Shown: positions 52,575 to 62,159, counted from the stretch's first letter. The stretch is DNA of 64,000 nt from Myxococcota bacterium (GCA_965223415.1 OZ245002.1:3840001-3904000), one strand, 5' to 3'. Translations and numbers: made by a program. The notes: generated by a model not told the origin, from the letters alone.

Positions 52575-53182
52575 CGTGCTCTCTTTCCTCTTCGGCGCGC
52601 GGGGGGGTGGCGCGACGTCCCGAGCGCCGCGAGGGCGGCGGCCTGGAACGTCGGGGTGAGTCGGGTGGGCCGGGGCCCGGCCAGTCCGCGCACCCACAGC
52701 CGGCAGTACTCCTGGGCCGGGCCGATCGCGAGGGAGTGGGCGACGGTGCGCTGCATGGGGGCCGAGAGCCCGGCCTTCGCGAGGCTCCGGTAGAAATCAT
52801 CGAGCACCGCGAAGAAGCGCGCGTTGTGGGAGGCGAGGGGGGCCGCCGCCTCGGCCATCACGTCGTCCGGCAGGGTGGCGAACAGGAAGCGCGCCAGGTC
52901 CCGGTGGGTCTCCACCCAGGCGAGGTGGACTTCGATCAGCGCGCGCAGCGCCTTCTCGGGATCGTCCTCGCCGTCGACGGCGCGTAGCGCGGTGCGTTGA
53001 TAGTCGACCATCCCGTCCACCCAGGCCGCCGCCGCGAGGGCGGCCCGGCTCGGGAAGGCGTGGAACAGGCTGCCGTTGGACACGCCCACGGCATCGCGGA
53101 CCGAGGCGAGGGTGAAGTCGGCGTAACCGCGATCGCACAGCTGGCGCGTGGCCTCGCCCAGGATGCGGGCTCGGGTGTCCAT
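52571..53182 (-). CDS. TetR family transcriptional regulator
   Basis: TRARIL...RGYADFTLASVRDAVGVSNGSLFHAF HTH. Confidence 0.9.
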   Translation of the reverse strand: MDTRARILGEATRQLCDRGYADFTLASVRDAVGVSNGSLFHAFPSRAALAAAAWVDGMVDYQRTALRAVDGEDDPEKALRALIEVHLAWVETHRDLARFLFATLPDDVMAEAAAPLASHNARFFAVLDDFYRSLAKAGLSAPMQRTVAHSLAIGPAQEYCRLWVRGLAGPRPTRLTPTFQAAALAALGTSRHPPARRRGKRAR

Positions 53183-53184
53183 GA

Positions 53185-53214
53185 CTAGAGTAGAACTCTA
53201 GAGCATAACTCCAG
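53185..53214. promoter_or_regulatory. Putative tandem TetR operator
   Basis: ctagagt-aga-actctag palindrome (53185-53201) overlapping an imperfect second site ctagagcataactccag, immediately upstream of the tetR ATG. Confidence 0.55.
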
Positions 53215-53471
53215 ATCCCGCCCAGCCTCAGGCCGGCCCGGTGTACTCGCGGGCGTGCATCGCCGTCAGGACCACCACGCCCGCGATGAAGCCGCCGAAG
53301 CGCCCGAGGGTCGGGCGACCGACAGCGGGCATGGAGCCCTCCCAAGCCAGAGGGGTGGGGCATTTCGGGGCACCTGGGACCCGTCTGCGCAGCTGGCGGC
53401 TCGCCGCGTGCGCCGGCGCCCGGGTCGGAGCTACCTTCGACTCCGTTCCCACCCGTAAGGAGGGAGCCACC

Positions 53472-53891
53472 ATGAAGACCAGCATCGACGGCTCGGTCGA
53501 GATCGAGGTGCCGGCGTCCACGGCCTACTCGTTCTGGACCCGCATCGAGCACTTCCCCCACTTCATCGCCGCCATCCAGTCGGTGGAGCGGATCGACGAG
53601 CACCGCTCTCGCTGGCGGGCGAATCTGGGCTTCCGGAAGACCCAGTGGATCGCCGAAATCACCGAGGTGATCCCCGAGAAGCGCCGCGCCTGGCGGACCG
53701 TCGAGGGGCCCTTCAACGCCGGGATGGTCAACTTCCACGCCCTCGACGACGAGCACAGCCTCATGACCCTGCACCTCGAGTACGAGCCGAAGGGCGTGCT
53801 CCAGAACCTCGGCGACGAGCTGGGCATCGTGAGCCGGGTGGTCGACCGGGCGTTGGACGAGTTCAGGGACTTCGTCGAGGGCTACAGCTGA
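53472..53891 (+). CDS. SRPBCC/polyketide cyclase family protein
   Basis: AYSFWTRIEHFPHF, WIAEITE, ALDEFRDFVE; good RBS aggaggg. Confidence 0.88.
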   Translation: MKTSIDGSVEIEVPASTAYSFWTRIEHFPHFIAAIQSVERIDEHRSRWRANLGFRKTQWIAEITEVIPEKRRAWRTVEGPFNAGMVNFHALDDEHSLMTLHLEYEPKGVLQNLGDELGIVSRVVDRALDEFRDFVEGYS

Positions 53892-53926
53892 GCCATCGTC
53901 GGGCACCGCGTTAGATTCGCTGCGGG

Positions 53927-54553
53927 ATGCGTGGTGCAGAGGACGAGCACGGGGTGCCGGCAGGGCGGGCGCCCCTGATCGAGACCGAGCGTCTCGCTCT
54001 GCGCCCGTTCCGGGAGGACGAGGCCGGAGCGCTCCGCGAGGCGGTGATCGAGAGCCTCGACCATCTCCGCCGCTGGTTGCGCTGGGCCGCCTTCGAGCCC
54101 GAGACCGTCGCGCAGAAGGGGGAGCGCATCCGCGCGAGCCGTGCCGAGTTCGAGACCGGCACCGACCTCCGCTACGGGGTGCTCGATCGGGGGACCGGGC
54201 GCGTCCTCGGCGGAAGTGGTCTCCACGACCGCGGGGAGGCGCCGGCGGTGCGCGAGATCGGCTACTGGATCCACGCCGACTTCGTGAACCGCGGCCTGGC
54301 GACGGAGCTGAGCGCCGCGCTCACCCGGGCGGGCTTCGAGCGCGAGGGTGCGCACCGCATCGAGATCCACTGCGACCCGGCGAACGGAGCCAGCGCGGCG
54401 GTGCCCCGCAAGCTCGGGTACCGGATGCGGGAGATCCGCCGGGACCATCGCGAGGGTGCCGACGGAAAGCTGCGGGACGGCATGATCTGGGAGCTCTGCG
54501 CGGAGGACTTCGGCGGGTCTTCGGCGGCCGCCTTCCCGGTGCGCTTCCCGTGA
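53927..54553 (+). CDS. GNAT (RimJ/RimL-like) N-acetyltransferase
   Basis: ETERLALRP, EIGYWI, GLATE, NGASAAVPRKLGY. Confidence 0.9.
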   Translation: MRGAEDEHGVPAGRAPLIETERLALRPFREDEAGALREAVIESLDHLRRWLRWAAFEPETVAQKGERIRASRAEFETGTDLRYGVLDRGTGRVLGGSGLHDRGEAPAVREIGYWIHADFVNRGLATELSAALTRAGFEREGAHRIEIHCDPANGASAAVPRKLGYRMREIRRDHREGADGKLRDGMIWELCAEDFGGSSAAAFPVRFP

Positions 54554-55578
54554 AGGCATGGCAGGTCGTCCGACACGGCCCGCCGCGAGAGGCCCTCGAG
54601 CTCGCGGACGTGCCCGAGCCCGTTCCCGGGCCCGGCCAGCTTCGCGTCTCCACCTGCGCCAGCGCGCTCAATTGGAACGAGATCGACGGCTGCTACGGGC
54701 GCTACCGCACCGTCGACCCGCCGCTCCCCTACACCCTCGGCATGGAGGCGGTGGGCGTCGTCGACGCGGTCGGTGACGGGTCCCTCGACGGCTGGCTCGG
54801 ACAGCGGGTCGCCCTCACCGGCATGGGGGCGACCGGGGCCCATGGGGAGCGCGTGGTCGGCGAGGCGTCGATGGCCTTCGCCTCGCCGCCGGAGCTCTCG
54901 GACGCGGAGGCCGCCGCCTTCTACTTCCCGTTTCACGTGGCCTGGCTCTCCCTCTGCGAGCGGGGCGGCCTGCGGGAGGGCGAGACGATCCTCGTCCACG
55001 CCGGCGCCGGCGGCGTGGGCTCGGCAGCGGTGCAGATCGGCCGCGCGCGGGGCGCCCGGGTGATCGCCACGGCGGGCGGCCCCCAGAAGCTCGCCACCTG
55101 CCGCGCCCTCGGGGCGGAGCTGGCGATCGACTACCGGGCCGGGCCCTTCGTCGACGCCGTCCTCGACGCCACCCAGGGCCGCGGCGTCGACCTCGTCTGC
55201 GACCTGGTCGGGGGCGAGGTGACCCGGGAGAGCCTGCGCTGCCTGGCCCGCGGCGGGCGGCTCATGCTCACCGGCTTCTCCGGGGGGATCGAGGCCGAGG
55301 ACGAGGTCGGCCTCCTGCCCCGGCCGGTCATCTTCGCGAACGGCGCGGTGGTCGGGGTCCTGCTGGCCTACGTGCCGGACGGGACGCCGGAGCGCGCCGG
55401 CCTGGGGCTGCTTCCGCGGAGCGTCGGCGAGCGGGTCCAGGCCGAGCTCGTGGCGCTCCTCGAGGCCGGCAAGATCCGGCCCCAGGTGCACCGCACGGCC
55501 CCGGCTCGGGACCTGCCCGCGGAGCTCGAGCGGATGGAGCGACGGGAGAGCACCGGCCGGAACGTGATGCTCTGGTAG
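54550..55578 (+). CDS. NADPH:quinone oxidoreductase (MDR family)
   Basis: LGMEAVG, VHAGAGGVGSAAVQ, GRGVDLV. Confidence 0.9.
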   Translation: MKAWQVVRHGPPREALELADVPEPVPGPGQLRVSTCASALNWNEIDGCYGRYRTVDPPLPYTLGMEAVGVVDAVGDGSLDGWLGQRVALTGMGATGAHGERVVGEASMAFASPPELSDAEAAAFYFPFHVAWLSLCERGGLREGETILVHAGAGGVGSAAVQIGRARGARVIATAGGPQKLATCRALGAELAIDYRAGPFVDAVLDATQGRGVDLVCDLVGGEVTRESLRCLARGGRLMLTGFSGGIEAEDEVGLLPRPVIFANGAVVGVLLAYVPDGTPERAGLGLLPRSVGERVQAELVALLEAGKIRPQVHRTAPARDLPAELERMERRESTGRNVMLW

Positions 55579-55588
55579 GCCGCCGCGC

Positions 55589-56818
55589 TCAGGCGGGCTC
55601 CGCCGGGATCCCGTAGTGCTCCATGTAGAAGCGGAACCGCTCCGCCACGTCCGCCGGGTCGATCCCGGACGCCTCGGCGCTGTAGCGGTGCACGCCGCGG
55701 GAATCCTTGGGCTTGCTCCGGGCGTAGGCATCGATCGCGCCGCGGGCGTCCTCGGTGAAGTCCCAGCTGAGACGTCGGTAGATCCCCTCGATGGTGCCCA
55801 CCGGGTCCCGCACCACGTCCGCGAAGTGGACGTCGACGAAACGCTCGTCGGGAAGGGCGCCGGAAGCGCGGTCGTCGATCTCCTGGCGGAAGAGCGTCGC
55901 GAAGTTGGCCGGGATCGCCGCCGCGGCGAGGCCGAGGTCGACCTGGCTGCAGCGCATCCACAGCAGCGTGCCCAGCAGGTCGAGCATGCTCGGGAAGCTC
56001 TTCATCGGGTCCCGGTGGGTGCGCACGATGCGCGCGTCCGGGTACACGTCGAAGAGCGCGCGGAGCTGGGACTGGTGGCTCGGCGCCTTGAGCAGCCAAC
56101 GCCGCGGGCCGGGCCGCTGCTGCAGGGTCTGCAGGAAGCGGCGGTGGTAGCGATAGGCCGGTCGGTGGTCGGCCCTGGCCAGGTGCACCTGGTAGCTCGG
56201 AACGGCGTACTGGCTGCCCCAGGCGTCTGACAGGAACGCGTGGTTGGTCATGAACAGGCATTCGTTCGGGAGGTGCCCGGAGTTCGCGTGCATCGTCTCG
56301 TACTCGGGCTGGAGCCAGTGGTGGAAGGTCTCGACCCGGTCGCTGATCTCGCTCCAGTCTTCGCCACGGACCGCGGCGGCGGGATGCTGCATTTCCCACA
56401 TGGCCGGCGAGCGGGTGGCCGGATCCGCCGCCATCAGCTCGAACAGGATCGAGGTGCCGGTGCGGGCGCCGCCGACGATGAAGACCGGCGCCGGCACCTC
56501 CTCCCTCAGGATCGCCGGCTCCCGGCTCCACAGCGCCGTCAGCTCCAGGCGGTTGCGGAGCGTCCGCAGCAGCTCGGTGCGTGCGATGATGCGTCCGACC
56601 AGGTGCAGGTCGCACTCGGTGTTCAGGGCCTGGAGGAACGCGTCGTAGTGGGTGCGCCAATCGTCGTCGCCGAAGTCGGCGAGCTTCGCGGTGGAGCGCG
56701 CCGTCTCGAGCAGCTCCTCCGGGTCGAGCGAGACGAGGCGCTCGGGGCCGCCCACCGCCTCGCCGTAGGCGTTCAGGCGCTCCACCCATTCGGGCCGCTT
56801 CGGCGGCGTCCAGGCCAT
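55589..56818 (-). CDS. Sulfotransferase family protein
   Basis: FIVGGARTGTS PAPS-binding loop, WLLKAPSH, THRDP. Confidence 0.9.
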   Translation of the reverse strand: MAWTPPKRPEWVERLNAYGEAVGGPERLVSLDPEELLETARSTAKLADFGDDDWRTHYDAFLQALNTECDLHLVGRIIARTELLRTLRNRLELTALWSREPAILREEVPAPVFIVGGARTGTSILFELMAADPATRSPAMWEMQHPAAAVRGEDWSEISDRVETFHHWLQPEYETMHANSGHLPNECLFMTNHAFLSDAWGSQYAVPSYQVHLARADHRPAYRYHRRFLQTLQQRPGPRRWLLKAPSHQSQLRALFDVYPDARIVRTHRDPMKSFPSMLDLLGTLLWMRCSQVDLGLAAAAIPANFATLFRQEIDDRASGALPDERFVDVHFADVVRDPVGTIEGIYRRLSWDFTEDARGAIDAYARSKPKDSRGVHRYSAEASGIDPADVAERFRFYMEHYGIPAEPA

Positions 56819-57990
56819 CAGGGGAACCGCAGGCAGGCGGCTTCGCGGCGGCGAGCCAGGCGTCGCCTCCGCTCGGCCGCGTCGATGCGGGGGTGGTCCG
56901 CCGGCAGGGCGGCGGGTAGCTCGGTCGACGGCAGGACCCGACTCGTCGGCACCGGGTTCGTCCGGGTCCAGACCCAGCGGTAGACGAGCAGGCCGCGTCG
57001 CCGGCCCTCGGTATCGATCCAGTTCGGGCTGCCGGGGTCCCGGTGGGCCAGCACCAGCCGGACGCGGCCGTCGCCGTCCCGGTGCACCTGGTGGCCGGAG
57101 AGGCTCGTCTGGCGCTCCCCGAAGGCGCCGGATTCGAGCCAGGGCAGGGTGTGGAGGGTGAAGCCCCAGTACTGGGCGTCGGGTACGTCGGTCTCGAGGA
57201 GCAGCGCCTCGTCATCGCCCAGCTCCCAGAAGCAGCTCCCATACAGGATGTTGTCGGCACCACCCTTGGCCGGGCCCGGTGCCGCGGCGACGTTCGGCGT
57301 CGCCCGTTCCCAGCCGGCGGCGGTGTAGGCGGGCCAGTAGGCGGCGGTCTGCTCGACCCATCCGGCGGCCCGGTCGAGGGCGGCCGCGAGCGCCGCGGGC
57401 TCCGGCGGGGGAGGGGGCTCACCCTCCGCGCCGACCCGCTCGATCAGGAAGGGAGGCTGCGCGTCCCGCTCCCAGTCGCTCAGGTAGACACGGATCGTGA
57501 AGATGCGCGCGTCCGGGTGCATCTCGATCCAGTTGCCCGGATGCTTCACCGGAGAGAGCAGGAGCTCGAGCCGTCCGTCGGCCCCCACCTCGAGGGCGTC
57601 CAGGGAGGTCTCGCCGTAGACGCCGTACTGCTGGAGCTGCATGTCGCCTTCGTGGAGGGAGAAGATCGCCTGGCGCACACCGCGGATGTCGGCGCGCACG
57701 CGGTAGGTCTCTCCCGGCTCGATGCGTGCGCGCAGGTAGAGGTTGTCCGGGTTCGGCCCGCCCCACTGGTTGTCCGGCGTCTCGTAGCGGACGAAGCGCG
57801 GGAAGGCCGGGTCGCCGGCCTCCACCTGCTCGCGCAGGGCGTGCACCACCAGGCGCGAGAGCCAGCGGTAGCCCTCCGCCCGCTCTTCCGGTGCAGCTGG
57901 CTCCAAGATGCGCTCCCCGGCCGCCTTGAGCCGGTCGCAGTAGGCCCGCCAGGCTTCTCCCGAGACCAGCGCTCGCTCGTCCCACGTCAT
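56818..57990 (-). CDS. DUF1214-like protein
   Basis: GGPNPDNLY, DGDGRVRLVLAHRDPGSPNWIDTEG. Confidence 0.75.
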   Translation of the reverse strand: MTWDERALVSGEAWRAYCDRLKAAGERILEPAAPEERAEGYRWLSRLVVHALREQVEAGDPAFPRFVRYETPDNQWGGPNPDNLYLRARIEPGETYRVRADIRGVRQAIFSLHEGDMQLQQYGVYGETSLDALEVGADGRLELLLSPVKHPGNWIEMHPDARIFTIRVYLSDWERDAQPPFLIERVGAEGEPPPPPEPAALAAALDRAAGWVEQTAAYWPAYTAAGWERATPNVAAAPGPAKGGADNILYGSCFWELGDDEALLLETDVPDAQYWGFTLHTLPWLESGAFGERQTSLSGHQVHRDGDGRVRLVLAHRDPGSPNWIDTEGRRRGLLVYRWVWTRTNPVPTSRVLPSTELPAALPADHPRIDAAERRRRLARRREAACLRFP

Positions 57991-58064
57991 CGCTCGCCTC
58001 CGTGATGGGCGTTGTACCGCAGGGAGGGCTCCCGTGCTGTACATTGCGTGGGCGAGGGGTCGCG

Positions 58065-58382
58065 ATGGGACGAGCGCTGCGCTTCGGCTCCACGCTGGCC
58101 CTCGTGCTGGCCTTCGCCGGCCCGGTCGGGGCCGGCTACGTCACCTTCGGCATGGGCTTCGGCTCGAAATGGGACGATCCGGTCCACGGCACGCCGACCA
58201 CCGTCACGTAGGGATTCATGGACCCGGGCACCGTGGTGCACGGCAGCGCGCCGATCGCGAGCGAGGTGATCGACGGCAGCAACATCGCCGCGCTGCGCTC
58301 CGAGTACGACTGCGGTCTCGGGCCGGAGCTCCTCGGGATCCTCGCCATGCTGGCGCTGCAACGGGCTCGGCGCCGAGCCTGA
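58065..58382 (+). pseudogene. Secreted mini-ORF with an in-frame TAG and a CGLG-type C-terminal membrane anchor
   Basis: Signal peptide, KWDDP...TVT*GFM, then DCGLGPELLGILAMLALQRARRRA*. Confidence 0.55.
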
Positions 58383-58415
58383 AGCGATACACTCCTCCTT
58401 CGCGAGGAGGACGTC

Positions 58416-59252
58416 ATGGCGGAAGGCAAGGAGCGGGTCGGCGAGGTCGAGCTCTGGTGGGAGGACTTCGGCGACCGCGGCGACCCTTCGGTCCTGCTGG
58501 TGATGGGCGCCAATGCCCAGGGGATCTTCTGGCCGCTGCCGCTCGTCGAGGCCCTGGCCGACGCGAGCTACCACGTGGTGCGCTTCGACAACCGCGACAT
58601 CGGCCTCTCGACCTGGGTGGACTTCGAGAAGGCCCCCTACACCGTGCCGGACATGGCCGCCGACGCGATCGGGCTGCTCGACGCCCTCGGCATCGAGCGC
58701 GCCCACTGGATCGGCGCCTCGATGGGCGGGATGATCAGCCAGCAGGCGGCCCTCGACCATCCGGAGCGGGTTCGGTCGCTCACCTCGATCATGTCGTCGC
58801 CCAGTGGCCCCCACGACACCGACCTCCCGGGGATGGAGCCGAAGGTCGAGGCGGCCGTGGCGGCGATGGCGACGGCGGAGGATCCGGTGGAGGCCACGGT
58901 GGCGATGTTCTCCACCCTCGCCGGGAGCCGCTCCGCCTTCGACGAGGAGGTGTTCCGGGCCGGGTTCCAGCTGGGGGTGGACCGCGGCGGCTTCAACCCG
59001 GCCTGCGCCCACGGCCTGGCGGTGCAGGCCTCGCCCTCCCGCCGCGAGCGGCTGCGGGGTCTCCAGGTGCCGACCCTGGTGCTCCACGGCAGCGAGGATC
59101 CGATCCTGCCCCTGGCCCACGGCGAAGCCACGGCCGAGGCGATCCCCGGGGCGCGGCTCCTCGTCGTCGAGGGTGCCGGCCACGACTTCCCGGAGCCGGC
59201 GATGCCGCAGATCCTGGAGGCGATCCTCTCCCACCTGAAGGCGAGCGGCTGA
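58416..59252 (+). CDS. Alpha/beta hydrolase
   Basis: FDNRDIGLS, GASMGG, HGSEDP, AGHD. Confidence 0.92.
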   Translation: MAEGKERVGEVELWWEDFGDRGDPSVLLVMGANAQGIFWPLPLVEALADASYHVVRFDNRDIGLSTWVDFEKAPYTVPDMAADAIGLLDALGIERAHWIGASMGGMISQQAALDHPERVRSLTSIMSSPSGPHDTDLPGMEPKVEAAVAAMATAEDPVEATVAMFSTLAGSRSAFDEEVFRAGFQLGVDRGGFNPACAHGLAVQASPSRRERLRGLQVPTLVLHGSEDPILPLAHGEATAEAIPGARLLVVEGAGHDFPEPAMPQILEAILSHLKASG

Positions 59253-59279
59253 GGCCGCGTTGGTGCCGATGGAGGTTTC

Positions 59280-59537
59280 GTGAGCAAGCAGGGGCTGGAA
59301 GAAGCGGTGCGCAAGCTCGAGCAGGAGCTCGAGACCACGAAGGATCTCGATCCCGGTCTGCGCGACCGGCTCGCCGAGGCCGGCCGCGAAATCGACGCGG
59401 CGCTGCGCGGCGAGCACGAGGGCGAGGGGCTCGGAGAGAAGCTCCAGGATCTGCTGCTCGCGCTGGAGACCCAGCATCCGACGCTCACCACAGTGGTGGA
59501 CGCGATCACGCGGCAGCTGAGCCGGCTCGGGATCTGA
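59280..59537 (+). CDS. DUF4404-like small protein
   Basis: ETQHPTL...LSRLGI C-terminus. Confidence 0.7.
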   Translation: MSKQGLEEAVRKLEQELETTKDLDPGLRDRLAEAGREIDAALRGEHEGEGLGEKLQDLLLALETQHPTLTTVVDAITRQLSRLGI

Positions 59538-59561
59538 CCGGCCGCTCGCGGGCTCGCGCCG

Positions 59562-60170
59562 TCAGCGCGTGGCGGGAGACCCCATCCGGGGCAGGAGCGA
59601 GCCCACGCGGCAACAGTAGGCCTCGAAGGGCTCGCCGAACTCGGCCGCCATCATCTGCTCCTCGCTCCGGATGTAGGCGAGGAACACGGGCAGGACCAGG
59701 CCGAAGGTCGCGAGGAGCAGGACCGCGTGCTGGTAGGCGACGGCGATTCCGAGCCACAGGAGCAGGATGCCCAGGTACATCGGATTGCGAACGAAGCCGT
59801 AGGCGCCGGTCGTGACCAGCGGGTGCTCCCGCTTGACGAAGTGTCCGCCGTCGAGCACGACCCCGCGGCGAACCGTCGTGGCGATGGCCCAGACCGAGAC
59901 CGCGACGCCCAGCATCGTCGCGGTGGCGCCCAGACCGCCGCAGAGCCAGCTCGCGGGGCTCGGCGGCGGCATCGGCGGAGGGCTCGTCCACAGCCAGCCG
60001 GTGAGCGCGAGGAAGACGAAGAGCTCGCCCAGGGCGAGCACCTCGGCGACTCCCCATCGCCGAGTCCGTGCCCGCAGGTGGACCGGGATCATCCGGATCA
60101 GACCGACGAGCAGCCAGGTCGAACGGGCCAGTGCCGAGGCTCGGACGAGGTCGAACAGGATCTCGTACAT
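59562..60170 (-). CDS. Isoprenylcysteine carboxyl methyltransferase (ICMT/PEMT) family membrane protein
   Basis: HPLVTTGAYGFVRNPMYLG, EEQMM...FGEPFEAY. Confidence 0.88.
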   Translation of the reverse strand: MYEILFDLVRASALARSTWLLVGLIRMIPVHLRARTRRWGVAEVLALGELFVFLALTGWLWTSPPPMPPPSPASWLCGGLGATATMLGVAVSVWAIATTVRRGVVLDGGHFVKREHPLVTTGAYGFVRNPMYLGILLLWLGIAVAYQHAVLLLATFGLVLPVFLAYIRSEEQMMAAEFGEPFEAYCCRVGSLLPRMGSPATR

Positions 60171-60179
60171 GGGGCCTCC

Positions 60180-60450
60180 TCAACGGGGGAGCATGCCGTC
60201 GGCGACGATCTGCATCAGCACGGGCAGCAGGTCTCCGTAGGGGTAGTCGTCCAATCCGTACAGGGTGCGCCCGGCGACGAAGAGCACGTAGGCCGCCTTC
60301 TCGGCGTCGATCTCGGCGAGCGAGCCGTCCTCGATTCCCTCGCGGATCACCTCCGCGATCCCGGATCGCCCAGGCCGCCCGGAAGCGCTTCGAGGCCTTC
60401 GGGTACCGGGGCACGGGCGTGACCCAGATCGCGCGAGACGCGGGGACCCC
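60180..60450. pseudogene. Rearranged TetR remnant (C-terminal part on the - strand, HTH part on the + strand)
   Basis: - strand 60180-60360 IAEVIREGIEDGSLAEIDAEKAA...; + strand 60362-60450 RIAQAARKRFEAFGYRGTGVTQIARDAGT. Confidence 0.65.
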
Positions 60451-60463
60451 TCCCGGGGTCCGG

Positions 60464-61234
60464 TCAGGCCAGGAGCGCCAGGAAATCGCCCTCGGTCACG
60501 ATGCCGATCACCCTCTCCCGCTCGACCACGGGAAGGCAGCCGACCTTGTGCTCCATCATCAGGGCGGCCGCGCGGGCGAGGGGCGTGTCGGGCTCGACCA
60601 CGGCCAGGTTCGTGGTCATCACCTGCTTCACGGGCAGGGCCTCGAGGGAGCGCCGGTGCGCCTCCGAGCCCTGGCCGAGGGACCAGGCGAGGGCGCCGTA
60701 GAAGAGGTCCCGTTGGCTGACGACCCCCGTCAGGCGGCCGTCCTCCTCCACCACCACGACGTGCCGGAAGCGGTGGGCCCTCATGAGGCCGTCGGCGACC
60801 GAGAGCATGTCGTTGCGGCCGACGGTCTCGACTTGGCGGGTCATCACGTCCCGGACCAGGAGGTCGCTGTGGAGGACCGCCTTCTCCGCGGCCTCGGGCC
60901 CCGCCGGGGTCTCGGACTCCGGGGCCGGAGTCTCGTCCCCCTCTCTCCAGCGCTCCTGGAGCTCGCGGGCGGCCTCGTCGAGGTCGCCCTTCAAGCGGGA
61001 GACTTCGTCCAGCAAGGCCGTCGTGCTTCGGCAGTCGGTCGTGAGGGTGGCGGCTCCGTCGCGGGTCAGGCCGGCGGTGGCCCCCACCGCGATGCGGGCG
61101 ACCTCGCTCCGCGAGGTTCCCTTGCCGGTCTCGGCGACGTCCAGGGTCAGGCTCTTGTCTGTCATGGGCGTCGAAGATGCAGGATACATGCCCGAAACCG
61201 GCTCGCGGGTCGCTGTGTCGCTTGATTCGGCCAC
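60464..61234 (-). CDS. CBS domain-pair protein with an N-terminal extension (start uncertain)
   Basis: VRDVMT...GVVSQRD, VKQVMT...KVGCLPVV...GIVTEGD. Confidence 0.85.
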   Translation of the reverse strand: MAESSDTATREPVSGMYPASSTPMTDKSLTLDVAETGKGTSRSEVARIAVGATAGLTRDGAATLTTDCRSTTALLDEVSRLKGDLDEAARELQERWREGDETPAPESETPAGPEAAEKAVLHSDLLVRDVMTRQVETVGRNDMLSVADGLMRAHRFRHVVVVEEDGRLTGVVSQRDLFYGALAWSLGQGSEAHRRSLEALPVKQVMTTNLAVVEPDTPLARAAALMMEHKVGCLPVVERERVIGIVTEGDFLALLA

Positions 61235-61275
61235 GCGGCTGGAGGACCCTTCGCCCCGAACGCCCGGAGGACGCC

Positions 61276-62091
61276 ATGAGCGAAGAGCGCTTCATCCAGT
61301 ACGAGACCGACGGCCCGGTGGCGACGGTCACCCTCGACCGCCCCAAGGCCCGCAACGCCCAGCACCCCCCGTTCCTGGAGCAGTTCGACGCGGCTCTGAA
61401 GCAGGGCGCGGCCGATCGGGACGTCCGGGTGATCGTGATAAAGGCCAACGGCCCCCACTTCTCCGCCGGCCACGACATCAGCCCCGAGTCCGCCGCCCAC
61501 TTCAAGGACGTGATGGACCCGAGCACCGGCGTCCTCTCCCACTACGCGTGGGAGCAGGAGAACTACCTCGAGATGACGAAGCGCTGGCGGGATCTCCCCA
61601 AGCCCACCCTCGCCGCCGTCCACGGCAAGTGCATCGCCGGGGGCCTCATGCTCTGTTGGCCCATGGACCTGATCGTCGCCTCCGAGGACGCGCTCTTCAG
61701 CGACCCGGTCCTGCGCATGGGCATCGGCGGCGTCGAGTACCACGCCCATCCCTGGGAGCTCGGTGCCCGCAAGGCGAAGGAGTTCCTCTTCACCGGCGAT
61801 TTCATCGACGCCCAGGAGGCTTGGCGCCTCGGCATGGTCAACCACGTCGTGCCGCGGGACGAGCTCGAGGCCAAGACCTACGAGATCGCCGGCAAGATCG
61901 CCCAGATGGACCCCTTTGCCCTGCGCATGGCCAAGCAGTCCGTCAACCGGACCCTCGACGAGATGGGCCAGTGGAACGCCATGCAGGCCGTCTTCGACAT
62001 GCACCACCTCGCCCACGCCCAGTCGCGGATCCTCAACCAGGGCAGCGCGATCCAGGGTCAGACGATCTCTTCGATGAAGGCGGCGAGCTAG
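61276..62091 (+). CDS. Enoyl-CoA hydratase family protein
   Basis: HFSAGHD, VHGKCIAGGLML, GARKAKEFLFTG. Confidence 0.9.
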   Translation: MSEERFIQYETDGPVATVTLDRPKARNAQHPPFLEQFDAALKQGAADRDVRVIVIKANGPHFSAGHDISPESAAHFKDVMDPSTGVLSHYAWEQENYLEMTKRWRDLPKPTLAAVHGKCIAGGLMLCWPMDLIVASEDALFSDPVLRMGIGGVEYHAHPWELGARKAKEFLFTGDFIDAQEAWRLGMVNHVVPRDELEAKTYEIAGKIAQMDPFALRMAKQSVNRTLDEMGQWNAMQAVFDMHHLAHAQSRILNQGSAIQGQTISSMKAAS

Positions 62092-62096
62092 CCCGA

Positions 62097-62146
62097 CAAC
62101 GCGACAAGCGGAACCGGCCCCTAACGCAACAGGCCCCTAACGCAAC
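62097..62146. repeat. Degenerate single-arm copy of the 23193-23265 repeat with a partial tandem duplication
   Basis: 62097-62130 matches 23232-23265 at 32/34 nt, followed by a second ggcccctaacgcaac. Confidence 0.85.
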
Positions 62147-62159
62147 ACCGACCGCAACG

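Noticed and set aside
58209..58211. Pyrrolysine or programmed amber readthrough
   Set aside because: No pyl genes in the window and TAG is a normal stop in many neighbouring genes; a nonsense mutation is simpler
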